Shown here in pieces: positions 10,001 through 19,100 of a stretch of DNA of 64,000 nt (its first letter is position 1; each line of letters starts with the position of its first letter). Location: NCBI GenBank assembly GCA_050248615.1, contig JBFWSA010000004.1:1-64000 (forward strand), read 5' to 3'. The notes beneath the pieces are model-generated. The model was given only the letters and a program-made list of their open reading frames with translations. It was not told the DNA's origin and did not search any database. The stretch comes from Simkaniaceae bacterium (GTDB lineage: Bacteria > Chlamydiota > Chlamydiia > Chlamydiales > Simkaniaceae). Position numbers and translations under genes: made by a program.

Positions 10001-11894
10001 GGCAATTGACATGGAAACGAGTAATTTTGCCAATCAAGCTGTCATTCAAACCTTAAAAACAACGCGTCTGGTTTCGAATGGAAAAGCCGTTCTTTTTACA
10101 GGAACTCCTCAATCCCTTTTAGAAGTGAAAAACCTTCTTCCTACTCTAGATTTTGCAGAAGGCCCCGTAGATGTCGGTCAAACCACGTTTGTTGTTTATA
10201 AAATCCAACATGTTTCTGGTCCTGTCTTAATGGGTTTTCTCCGCAATATGGCAAACGACTTCCGTAGCGCCAACTCTAAGCAAGAGGACCTGATCACAAC
10301 CCTCAATAACATGCGGTATGTCAAAGACACAAATTCCCTGATCTTTACGGGAACTCCAGATGCTGTTCAACAAGCCATTGCTTTAGCAAAACAATTTGAT
10401 ATTCCAGAATTGGGACAAGAAACCCCCGCCCGCGCTCCTTCCGACTTCCTCATCTATAAACCTAAGTATGTCCCTGGAGAAGAACTCATTAAAATCTTGC
10501 ACGATTTTCAACTCAACCTCATCAATTCAGGTGTCAGTAACCAAGGTCTTTTTGATACCATCAACAACTTGAAGTGGATGGAACGGACCTCTTCCATCTT
10601 AGTTTCAGGAGATGAGGATGATATCCAAAAAACGTTAAAGCTTTTAGAACGTTTTGATGTCCCTGGACCCGGAATCCCCCAAGGAGAATCGGGCATTGAA
10701 ACCGTCTCCGACATGAGCTTCTTGATCTATAAATTGCAATACCACTCTGGAGGCGAAATCCAGACAGCTATTAAACAGATCGGCGATGATTTGGAAAAAG
10801 CTAAAAGTGCAGGCAATGAGGACCTCGTTCAAGCGATCAAAACACTCCAATGGATCGACATCACGAACTCCTTGATCGCCACCGGAAAAGCTGACGCTCT
10901 TGGGAAACTCAAAGAGCTCATTAAAAGCATTGACATCCCTTTAAAACAGGTCTTTGTTGAAGTCCTCGTACTAGAAACAAGTATTGGAAATCAGCTCTCT
11001 TTCGGATTACGTTGGGGCTCTCAAGGAGTCTACCGCAATAAGTTCTCCTATGGAACCTATATGTCCCAACCCAATAGCCAACAAAATCCTGATCCCTTGG
11101 GAGGCGTCTTTACATCTAATCTTTCGCAAGTGACAGCAACGAATACCCCTACCGGCCAATTTATTCCCATCTCTGATGGGATGGATTTAGGAATCATTGG
11201 AGATATTATCCTCCATAAAGGGCAAACCTATCTAGCTTTGGGTTCTCTAGTAGATGCCGTCCGTGCAGATGGAGATAGTACCGTCGTGATGAACCAAAAA
11301 ATCATCACTCAAGACAACAAAATGTCCACCTTTTTTACAGGGCAAAATATCCCCTATACGGGCTCTGTCGTGACTAATACGGGTCAAAACACAACAGTCC
11401 AAAATTCCAACCTTGAGTACCGAGATGTGGGTGTTAGCTTAAGCATTACCCCTACAGTCGGAAACAATGACATCATTACTCTTGCCATCGAAGAAGATAT
11501 TTCGGAACAGGTCCAAACAGAACAAGGAAGTGATACAAATACAGGGCAGGTTTTTGGAATTACTACCTCAAAAACCACCACGAAAACGGTGGTCAGTGTT
11601 CCTGATAAAAGCTTCCTTGCGCTCAGTGGATCGATCCAAGATACCACCACCCATACCCGTACGAGCGTTCCTTGCCTCGGAGGGCTCCCCCTCATTGGAG
11701 CTGCCTTCAGCCAAAACGACTCAAACTATTCCACATCTAATATCATCATCTTCATTCGTCCGCAGATCATCAAGTCGTTTGATACCTACGCAGAAATCAC
11801 GGAGAGACAAGAAGACATCTTCCGCTCTCAATCCAATGCAGAAGACTTCGATGCAGGGCTAGAACTCGTAAAAACCCCAGACGATTCCTACTAG
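7056..11894 (+). CDS. sctC: T3SS outer-membrane secretin SctC (CdsC), greatly elongated
   Basis: Signal peptide; N0 domain (YTINFDNVSIIEYIKFISKISGMNF); C-terminal secretin domain (KQVFVEVLVLE...YRDVGVSLSITP...VPCLGGLPLIGAAF...IFIRPQII); 12 internal repeats; T3SS context. Confidence 0.9.
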   Translation: MIKYVMNRKPSLLLFTLLHLCVSTISSPVFADTPNQKIKWAEKTQPEPPIIPPDTSPGYTINFDNVSIIEYIKFISKISGMNFIYDETDLTFNVTIVSEEPTKLVNVMSALIQVLRINGFDLIEQGNNLVISKTGAIKQLATVVSQEAPIEGSVIPPIMTRVFKVKNANPMILAGLVRPLLSDNAVVEVSEETRHLIITDITQNIEQIQRLFLSLDIPIPSLEIDAYRVLNNSPDTLVSLVTQILTPISEGNPLIFVAQDSTNSIFIVSTPFLTEKAIEILRDLDTPPSLTQRFSGPITGKNVLIYHIMNKPADILQSAIKQIESNLAQMGPASADITQTLNTMKFIRESHSLLFTGTEQSLAEVRSILEDLDTPYTQQELEYVRGEYYFYKIQYGDETQIARALEKFLENLKKSPYMNKDLIDTIESMKWIKENDSLLFTGDQKSLDQIKKLLPSLDVPPNVGKKASKIPLSSDFYSYSPSNLTPQELLKQVQDYYKSLKESDLSDAAFMHALASAKIVPSSNAVVFTGDPASLAHIQELVISMDKPSGIVEQEMHVYVYKIQYVDPEYVESSLQKLGKSVPSTDPLAQTIDNMKYIPESNTLVFRGPPSAINHIKLILPTLDNAETAKVEQEHKPTYLVYSLQNAPGNEVLKELEQTAKTIKPNTAANKALIESIKNVKWIESTNSLILTGTPPVIQHLEQIIAKFDIPRPEQQKSSSFYVYKPQGISAKEFLKRVNTAAKEMETAGLADNALIKTMESGTLVSNNTAVMFTGTPDGIEKLKAVLQTFDTYKEEQPKTSQFYIYKPSSISAEQLQKDFIAAAKQMEKSGLQDPELIDAMESAKAEKGRVLFTGTPDAIDKIKVMARIYDTEEGVEKNSEYYIFRPVNQSPQSVVEQAQHTAAEMKDSGYADPNVMKALQSASIVSKGTGVLFTGTPSAIAQIKTIAPTFDSESAPAVSQFFVYQPQHISADALREHARKVAIDMETSNFANQAVIQTLKTTRLVSNGKAVLFTGTPQSLLEVKNLLPTLDFAEGPVDVGQTTFVVYKIQHVSGPVLMGFLRNMANDFRSANSKQEDLITTLNNMRYVKDTNSLIFTGTPDAVQQAIALAKQFDIPELGQETPARAPSDFLIYKPKYVPGEELIKILHDFQLNLINSGVSNQGLFDTINNLKWMERTSSILVSGDEDDIQKTLKLLERFDVPGPGIPQGESGIETVSDMSFLIYKLQYHSGGEIQTAIKQIGDDLEKAKSAGNEDLVQAIKTLQWIDITNSLIATGKADALGKLKELIKSIDIPLKQVFVEVLVLETSIGNQLSFGLRWGSQGVYRNKFSYGTYMSQPNSQQNPDPLGGVFTSNLSQVTATNTPTGQFIPISDGMDLGIIGDIILHKGQTYLALGSLVDAVRADGDSTVVMNQKIITQDNKMSTFFTGQNIPYTGSVVTNTGQNTTVQNSNLEYRDVGVSLSITPTVGNNDIITLAIEEDISEQVQTEQGSDTNTGQVFGITTSKTTTKTVVSVPDKSFLALSGSIQDTTTHTRTSVPCLGGLPLIGAAFSQNDSNYSTSNIIIFIRPQIIKSFDTYAEITERQEDIFRSQSNAEDFDAGLELVKTPDDSY

Positions 11895-11945
11895 ACTTCT
11901 GACCTTTTTCATGGTAGAATCCCTTCCTCAATTCACGAGGAATAC

Positions 11946-12896
11946 ATGAGAGCGAAACTGCTAGTTTCTTTACTTTTTTTACTCGCTCTTGCTGGCTGTT
12001 ATAAAGTACCAGACAAAATCGAGCCACAGGTCAATTATTCTGTCCAAGACCGTTACTTAAAGAGCCTCCCTGCTGCTTTCCCCCCTCTTTCTGAGGAGGA
12101 GAAACGGGAAGAGTGGGGAAAGGAATATTTAATCGCACAAAAATTCTCACGCGAGCTCGACCTTTACCGTGCCATTACAACTTTTAAGCGTGCAGAATTT
12201 CTCCTCCCCCCAGGATATCCTCAGCGCTTAGAAGAGATTCAATATCAGATCATTCTCAGTTACTACTTAGGAAAGCGCTACGATGATGTAATTCAAACTT
12301 TTGATCACTCCGTTCTCTATAACGCCAACGCTTCCTTCTCTGCTTACTGTGACCTTCTAGTCATTATGTACGATAGCTATTCGGAAACAGGGCAACAAGA
12401 TAAGGCCCTCTATGTTTTTCGGATCATCCAGCACCATTACCCGGATATAGCCAAAAAGCTGGAGCTTTCAACAGCTTTCTTAGAGGGCGATCTCAATAAG
12501 CTACGTGAAGAGGAACGGATAGAACCTCCCAAACCCTTTCTCACCCATTTTTTAGAGACCTACGACGCAAAAAAAAAATCTGTGAGTAAAGCCCAATGGG
12601 CCAATGCCCTCCTTCCGGGAGCAGGTTATCTCTATGTCGGGCAAAGACAAGCTGCCCTTACCTCTTTCCTTCTCAATACGCTCTTTATTTATGCTGCAGT
12701 CCAATTCTACTCCCATGGATATATCGCTGCAGGCATTATCACAACGAGTTTCGAGATGGGGTGGTATTTTGGAGGGATCTATGGAGCGGGAGAAGCCGCA
12801 AAATACTATAATGAATGGCTCTATGAAAAGCAGGCCTATCCGGTGTTAAACCGTCAAAAGCTTTTCCCTGTTCTTATGCTAAAATATGGATTCTGA
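11946..12896 (+). CDS. TPR-like lipoprotein with C-terminal membrane segment
   Basis: Lipobox LAGC; helical TPR-like blocks (YRAITTFKRA, YYLGKRY); LLPGAGYLYVG motif. Translationally coupled (TGATG) to the YidD-like gene. Confidence 0.6.
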   Translation: MRAKLLVSLLFLLALAGCYKVPDKIEPQVNYSVQDRYLKSLPAAFPPLSEEEKREEWGKEYLIAQKFSRELDLYRAITTFKRAEFLLPPGYPQRLEEIQYQIILSYYLGKRYDDVIQTFDHSVLYNANASFSAYCDLLVIMYDSYSETGQQDKALYVFRIIQHHYPDIAKKLELSTAFLEGDLNKLREEERIEPPKPFLTHFLETYDAKKKSVSKAQWANALLPGAGYLYVGQRQAALTSFLLNTLFIYAAVQFYSHGYIAAGIITTSFEMGWYFGGIYGAGEAAKYYNEWLYEKQAYPVLNRQKLFPVLMLKYGF

Positions 12897-13489
12897 TGAT
12901 AAGGTTAATACTTTTTCTGAAAAATAAGATCCTATTTGACTATGTCGGCTTAGCAACAAATTTTTTGTCTTCACTCGCGTCTTGCCGCAGGGCAATGGTC
13001 GCTCGCTCCAGACACAAAAATTTGTGCTGCCTTCTTGTCAAGTTCATGATTTTATTTTCCAGAACTGGTATAGCCACTCTTTTCCTTTTATTATCTGCCA
13101 CACTTTTTGCGGAAATCGGTTATGTAGAGCCCTGGGGCAAAGATACGGAAATCGTCTCACGCCATTCCCTAGAGCCTTTTCCCGAGCTTAAAAAACCGGG
13201 ACTCCTTTCACGGATGGCTTTCCAGGCCATTCTCTTTCGCCAAAAAGTTCTCTCTCCAGCAGATGGGCCCCGCAGTCATTTCCGTCCTTCCAGCTCTCAG
13301 TATATGTTCCAAGCCATTCGCGAGAATGGATTCCTCAAAGGATACATTATGGGGTGTGACCGTTTGATGCGCGAGAATAAAGAAGAGTGGGTTTACAAAT
13401 CGACAACCTATCTCAATAAAACTTATAAGTGGGATCCCACTTCTTCTCCTGCAAAGAGAAGATCTTCTTCTAAGAAGGCGGGGGGATAG
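12896..13489 (+). CDS. YidD/hemolytic-domain family protein carrying an in-frame palindromic insertion
   Basis: QKVLSP..GPRSHFRPSSSQY..QAI..NGFLKG...CDRLMR matches the YidD pattern. The N-terminus is split by a 162-bp element. Confidence 0.7.
   Translation: MIRLILFLKNKILFDYVGLATNFLSSLASCRRAMVARSRHKNLCCLLVKFMILFSRTGIATLFLLLSATLFAEIGYVEPWGKDTEIVSRHSLEPFPELKKPGLLSRMAFQAILFRQKVLSPADGPRSHFRPSSSQYMFQAIRENGFLKGYIMGCDRLMRENKEEWVYKSTTYLNKTYKWDPTSSPAKRRSSSKKAGG
12908..13072. mobile_element. Palindromic element, family E (RPE/MITE-like), in frame within a CDS
   Basis: Ends ATACTTTTTCTGAAAAATAAGATC / GATTTTATTTTCCAGAACTGGTAT are imperfect inverted repeats; inner arms AGCAACAAATTTTTTGTCT / AGACACAAAAATTTGTGCT; central hairpin TTGCC-GCAG-GGCAA. 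Confidence 0.8.
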
Positions 13490-14817
13490 GCACTCTCTTT
13501 CTTCTCTAGGCGCTGCTTTTTCCCTTTTAAATAAAAGACCAAAGGAACCCCTGTAAATTTATAGGTCTCCCGGAATTGATTCACGAGATACTTTTTATAG
13601 GATTCCTCCATGAAATCAGGATTGTTCACAAAAAAAACAAAGCGGGGGGGCTTTTGATCGACTTGTGCCATATAGTAGACCCGGAGCCTTTTCCCTCTGA
13701 GCATAGGAGGATGGACTTTTTGCATCGCTTTTTCGATAAACTTATTGAGCTGCCCCGTTGTAATGCGTTTGTGAAGTTCCCGATAAATTTCTTGAATAGA
13801 GGAAAAGATATCGGCAAGCTTACGCCCTGTTTGAGCCGAGCCAAAGAGTGTTGGGCAATAACTCAGAAAAGAGGCTTCTAACTCTAAGCTTTTTTTGCAA
13901 TGCTCCATACGAAACCCTTTCACTAAGTCCCACTTATTGCAAAAAATCAAACACCCCTTCCCTTGCGTTTCTATCATGCGGGCGATCCGCTTCTCTTGGG
14001 TTGTCATCCCCTCTTGAGAATCGATCATTAAGAGACAAACATCGGCACGCTCAATCGCACGCTCTGTTCGAATGGCTGCAAACTTATCGACCACTTCATG
14101 CTCAGATTTTTTCCGACGGATTCCTGCTGTGTCTATGAAGGTATACATCTCCCCATCAAATTCCACAGTAACGTCAATTGCATCGCGCGTTGTCCCTGCA
14201 ATGGGGCTGACTACACACCGTTCTTCATTCAAAAGGGTATTGATCAATGTCGATTTTCCCACATTGGGACGTCCGATAATGGCAACCTTGATTCCCTGGA
14301 AAGTCTCCCCTTCTTCTTTTTCCGGACAGGGGGTTAAAGCAAGCTCTAAAAGTTCTGCTACATTATGCCCATGCGTTGCAGAAATAGGAATCACTGCCTC
14401 AATCCCTAAAGTATAAAAAGGAGCGGTATAGCCCTCTTCATGAGCATTATCGACTTTGTTGACAGCTAAAACCAAGGGTTTTCCACTCTTCAAAAGAAGG
14501 TGCGCTACATTTTCATCAAGGGTTGTCAGCCCCACCCGTCCATCCACTACCATGATCAAGCTATCGGCTTCTTCAACCGCAATTTCCGCCTGACATCTCA
14601 CTTCCTCTGCAAAGGGGATCTCATGGGTCTCATCGATTCCCCCGGTATCAATGATTTCAAAGGAGCGTCCAAAGGCCTCCGCCTCCCCATAGAGTCGGTC
14701 ACGTGTTACCCCTTCCATCTCATCGACAATGGCAACACGCTTCTTAATAATCCGATTAAATAGAGCCGACTTCCCCACGTTGGGGCGTCCAATGATAGCA
14801 ATTTTTGTCTTCTTCAT
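13423..14817 (-). CDS. der: Ribosome biogenesis GTPase Der (EngA)
   Basis: Two tandem GTPase domains (GRPNVGKS, DTGG/DTAG, NKVD/NKWD) plus a KH-like C-terminus. Confidence 0.97.
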   Translation of the reverse strand: MKKTKIAIIGRPNVGKSALFNRIIKKRVAIVDEMEGVTRDRLYGEAEAFGRSFEIIDTGGIDETHEIPFAEEVRCQAEIAVEEADSLIMVVDGRVGLTTLDENVAHLLLKSGKPLVLAVNKVDNAHEEGYTAPFYTLGIEAVIPISATHGHNVAELLELALTPCPEKEEGETFQGIKVAIIGRPNVGKSTLINTLLNEERCVVSPIAGTTRDAIDVTVEFDGEMYTFIDTAGIRRKKSEHEVVDKFAAIRTERAIERADVCLLMIDSQEGMTTQEKRIARMIETQGKGCLIFCNKWDLVKGFRMEHCKKSLELEASFLSYCPTLFGSAQTGRKLADIFSSIQEIYRELHKRITTGQLNKFIEKAMQKVHPPMLRGKRLRVYYMAQVDQKPPRFVFFVNNPDFMEESYKKYLVNQFRETYKFTGVPLVFYLKGKKQRLEKKESAYPPAFLEEDLLFAGEEVGSHL

Positions 14818-14866
14818 GAATAAAACAGATTTTTTCAGAAGGTAATCATAGCAGAAAGAGAAATAT

Positions 14867-14885
14867 TACCCAAACAACTTCAAAA
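14867..14885. repeat. Family B repeat half-site (TACYCAAACAACTTCAAAA)
   Basis: Near-identical to the copies at 24590, 31809, 39699 and 42069. Confidence 0.65.
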
Positions 14886-14912
14886 ATGATTTTTTCAATC
14901 TAATTTTTGAAA

Positions 14913-16103
14913 TCATTTCGGCATCACCCATTTTTCTATGGGTGTTTTTAAAAATTGTTCAATAGGGATTCCCTCTTTTCCTATCAAGAGGTGCTTTTGT
15001 GGATGAAAAGCTTTATGAAAAACCTCCATTCCAGAAAGATAATTTTTCTTATTGGCACTTTTTACTTCAATCGCAGTAATAAAATCTCCTTTACGTAAAA
15101 CAAAATCGACTTCATGCTGTCCTTCCCTCCAATAATAAAGTTCAATCTGTGTTCCCTTGATCGCATTTAAAAGGTGAGCTCCTATGCTCGACTCGACTAA
15201 ACGTCCCCAAAAAGCTCTATCTTCTTGAGCTTCTTGAAAAGATTTCCCACAAAGGGCACTTATGAGAGCGGTATTATAAACCTGAAGCTTGGGACTTGAT
15301 CCTTTTACCCTTACTTTTTGTAAGGAAAATTTTTGAATCCCCGCTACAAACCCAACCCCAGATAATAGGTCTAAATAGTGAGCCAGTGTGGTGGTATTGC
15401 CACTATCTTGAAGTTGGCCAAGCATTTTTTGATAGGAAAGGATTTGACCGGAGTAACAACAGGTTAATTGAAAAAGACGTCTCAGTATTGCAGGTTTATT
15501 CACTTGAGTCATTAGAAGAATATCTCTCGAAATCGTGGTCTCTATCAGAGAATCATTAATATAATTGATCCATCTGGTTTGATCAGATTTATCTGCAAGT
15601 GGCGCTGCCCCTGGATAACCTCCAAAATAGATATATTGATCTAAATCCCACTCAAAGGCTTGTTCCATCTCCTCTAAACTCCAATGAGGAATAGGAATGA
15701 TCTCAAAACGTCCCGCCACGCTCTCTGAAAGCCCTTTTTGCATCAGCCAAGGAGAGGAGCCAAGTAAAATCACTTTTAAGGGAATACTATTACGGGTATC
15801 CTCATCCCAGAGTTTTTTGATGAGCTCAGACCAGTGTTTAATTTTTTGTACTTCATCGATAATAAGAAGCCCCCCTTTACTTCTAGCGATTTCCCACTGG
15901 CTCTCAATCCAACTTAAGCTTTGCAATGTTGCAATATCGGCTGAAACAAAATGGGCAGGAATGCCTAATGCTTCTTCTACTTGGCGTACAAGCGTTGTTT
16001 TTCCTACTTGGCGAGAGCCCAGCAAGACTTGAATAAACCGACGAGGTTCTTTTAACCTATTTAGTATTAGCTGAAATAAGGGTCTTTTATATGCTTTGCT
16101 CAT
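14913..16103 (-). CDS. AAA+ ATPase, AAA_14/DUF4143 family
   Basis: GSRQVGKTT, IIDEVQ, LLGSS, ESVAGR, GGYP; C-terminal YYWR...EVDFV...AIEVKS nuclease-like motif. Confidence 0.9.
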   Translation of the reverse strand: MSKAYKRPLFQLILNRLKEPRRFIQVLLGSRQVGKTTLVRQVEEALGIPAHFVSADIATLQSLSWIESQWEIARSKGGLLIIDEVQKIKHWSELIKKLWDEDTRNSIPLKVILLGSSPWLMQKGLSESVAGRFEIIPIPHWSLEEMEQAFEWDLDQYIYFGGYPGAAPLADKSDQTRWINYINDSLIETTISRDILLMTQVNKPAILRRLFQLTCCYSGQILSYQKMLGQLQDSGNTTTLAHYLDLLSGVGFVAGIQKFSLQKVRVKGSSPKLQVYNTALISALCGKSFQEAQEDRAFWGRLVESSIGAHLLNAIKGTQIELYYWREGQHEVDFVLRKGDFITAIEVKSANKKNYLSGMEVFHKAFHPQKHLLIGKEGIPIEQFLKTPIEKWVMPK

Positions 16104-16106
16104 TCT

Positions 16107-16140
16107 ATTGAGTAATTTTACTCAATACATTGAGTAAAAT
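16107..16140. promoter_or_regulatory. Overlapping inverted repeats (three TTGAGTAA boxes) directly upstream of the AAA ATPase; putative operator
   Basis: ATTGAGTAATTTTACTCAAT-AC-ATTGAGTAAAAT; 16115-16140 is a perfect 12-bp inverted repeat with a 2-nt spacer. Starts 3 nt upstream of the ATG. Confidence 0.5.
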
Positions 16141-16167
16141 CAACTTTTATTTGCAACCAACTGATAA

Positions 16168-19100
16168 TTAATCTTTAAAGTCGTTGTTCAGTTGTTGAAG
16201 GAGGGCTATGAGGTCCTCACGATCTAAATTTTTAATTTGATCTTGATCATCGTAACCGATGATGCTTTCGAGAAGCCCTACTTTCTTTTCAATGAGCTCA
16301 TGAATATGTCCTTCAACCGTTCCTCTAGTGACCATTTTAAAGACTTGTACACCTCGGTTTTGTCCAATGCGATGGACACGATCGGTCGCTTGGTTTTCCT
16401 TAGCGGGATTCCACCAGCGATCGTAATGAATGACAACAGAGGCTGCTGTGAGATCGACTCCTGTCCCAGCCGCCTTGAGAGAGGCCACAAAGACTTCACA
16501 CTCGGGATCATCGCGGAAGGTTTGGAGTTGCTCTTTTCGATCTTGAGTGGATCCTCGAATCGTCGCATACTTTATCCCTTCCTCTTTGAGATAGTTTTCA
16601 ATGAGGGTCATCATATCGAGATACTGGGAGAAAACAACCAGTTTCTGTCCACTATCTCGCGTTTCATTTAAGAGCTCTACAAAGAGATCCCACTTCCCAC
16701 TTTGATGATTTTTGTAGTTTTTTAGGTCTTTGGTGATCAAACACGGGTGATTGCAAATCTGCTTGAGGGTATTAAGAAGGGCAAAGACATGAAGATAAGG
16801 GAGTTCTTTACCCGGCTTTTCTATCTCTTTCATGAGAGCATCTCGCGACTTAAGAAAAGCGTCGCGATAGAGTTTCTGTTGTTCTTCAGATAGATAGCAG
16901 TAAGCAATCTCTTCGATCTTTTCGGGAAGGTCATCTAAGACCTCACTTTTCTTGCGTCGCATGAGGAAGGGTTGGATGAGACGCGAAAGTAGCATCTTTT
17001 TATCGGGATCCCCCATCTTTTCAATCGGATTAACAAAGAGTTCGCGGTATTGGGCTTGAGAAGGGAGATATCCGGGTAACACCACATCGAAAAGGGCCTT
17101 TAGCTCTAACAAGCGGTTTTCAATTGGCGTCCCGGTCAATCCAATTTTGGTACGTGCTTTCAGTAACGTCAGAGAGTGATGGGTTTGCGATTGCATATTT
17201 TTTGCAATCTGAATTTCATCTAAGATCGCTACTTCAAAGGTAATCTTAGAAAGAGCCTCTTTCTCACTTCTCAGCGTTCCATAGGAAGTGAGGAGCACAT
17301 CTGCACTGCTATTAAAGGCTTTTAAGGTGCGTTGTGTCCCATAAAATACCACCACCCGAAACTCGGGTAAAAATTTCTTAAGCAGCTCTTCCCAGTGGTA
17401 AATCACAGATGTAGGACAGACAACAAAGTAGCGCATTTTTTTCCCTTTATTCGCATTTCTTACCCCTGCTAAAAGAGCCATCGCTTGGTGCGTTTTCCCT
17501 AGTCCCATATCATCGCAAAGAAGCCCCGAAAGACCATAAGAATAGAGAAACCACAGCCATTTTACTCCGATTTCTTGATAAGGACGGAGGGTACTTTTGA
17601 GTCCCTCTAAATGTAAAACATCCTCTGACTCGAAGGCATCGAGTTCTTTTAAAAGGGAGCGTGTTTGCTTGGCTTCCTTCGATTGCCCCTTGGGTTCTTC
17701 CACATTTTCGAAGGTACGCAAGCGAATCCACTCTAATGTTGAAAAAGTAAGTTTTTGTTCTTCAGAGGTGAGCGTTTCCCGAAGCCAGTTGAAGCGGGGA
17801 TCTTTGAAAAAGAGAAGTCCCGCTTCGGTAATGGCATAAGAACGATGCTCGTCTAAGCTCTTCTTAATCGTCGCTAAGCTTTCTTCTCCAAATTCACTGA
17901 CATAAGCCAGATCGACTTCCCACTGCTTCCCTTCCGTTTTTCGAATAGACCGGATTTTCAAATTGAGGTTATGAGGACGCTTTAAGCGACGATCGATTTT
18001 AATGATAAAGGATTTTAATTTAATGAGTTCAACGTTAATAAAAACCGGCTCAGCACTCGCATCAATGGTGGTTTTCTTTCGATATTTCTCGGGGAGGCGC
18101 CCTTTAAGAGGAATCTCTGCAAAGCCCTCTCCAGGAACATAGGTGAAATTCCCCAAAAAATGGATCTTTTTCCCTTGATATTCCCGCCGATAGAAATATT
18201 CAGGTTCAACGACAATTTTTTTCTCTAAATCCATTGAGATATTGAGCCCCGCTTTTTCTAAAGGGCAAACCGGACTGAAAAACCCTTTAATGTGCTCGAG
18301 CTCTTCACGATTTTCATGGATGAAGAGAGGAATTTCTTTGATAGGAATACGCAGATCTGATGTGATTTTTCCCATCCCCCTAGCCCGTTGCTTTTTATAA
18401 AAGCCTTTTCCCTTCATGTAAAGCCAATCCCCAAAGTCGATGATTTCATCCATTCCTTCGAATACTTGCGCTTCACTTTCAAAGGTAAGTGTTTTTAGAT
18501 CGAACACATAAGAAAGGTGAAATTCCACATTCGAGAGATGAATTTGAAATCCTTCATGCTCATTTAGCCATTGGCGATGCTCTCGAATAAAATCTCCCAT
18601 TCTATCAGGAGGAATCACCGTTTCCACCCCTTCAAAACGGAGATCTTTTAAAGGATAAAACCCTCGACTTTCAATATACACCCAAGGTTTTAAAAACGCT
18701 GCATGTTGGGTTTGAAGATCCCCTTTTTGGAAGGCAAAACAAGAGATATGGAGTTGGTGTTTTTCATCAAACGTCAGGGAATAGGCAGGTTGGATGGTTT
18801 CTCGAGAAAGAGAAGCTCCTTCTAAATACCTTTGAACGATACGGTAGTTTTGACTTAAAAACTCTCCAATCTGTTTTTCTGGAATCACTTTTTTTCTTAA
18901 AAGGGGATTGGTCTGTGCTGGGAAAAACCCGGCATCCGGATAAAACTCCCAAGCTCCCACTTTAACAGCTTTAACCCCCTTTTTTTCCTTCACAGGCTCG
19001 GAAGAAATACGCATCTCTTTGGCATGGGGATCATAATGCATTTTCTGAATCATCACGTCCCGAAACTCATGGACTTCTAAAGGAGAATTCACCTTTTTTA

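Noticed and set aside
13423..13489. 67-bp convergent overlap of the YidD-like gene and der
   Set aside because: Both tails look unconserved and low-complexity; likely stop-codon drift rather than a functional feature.
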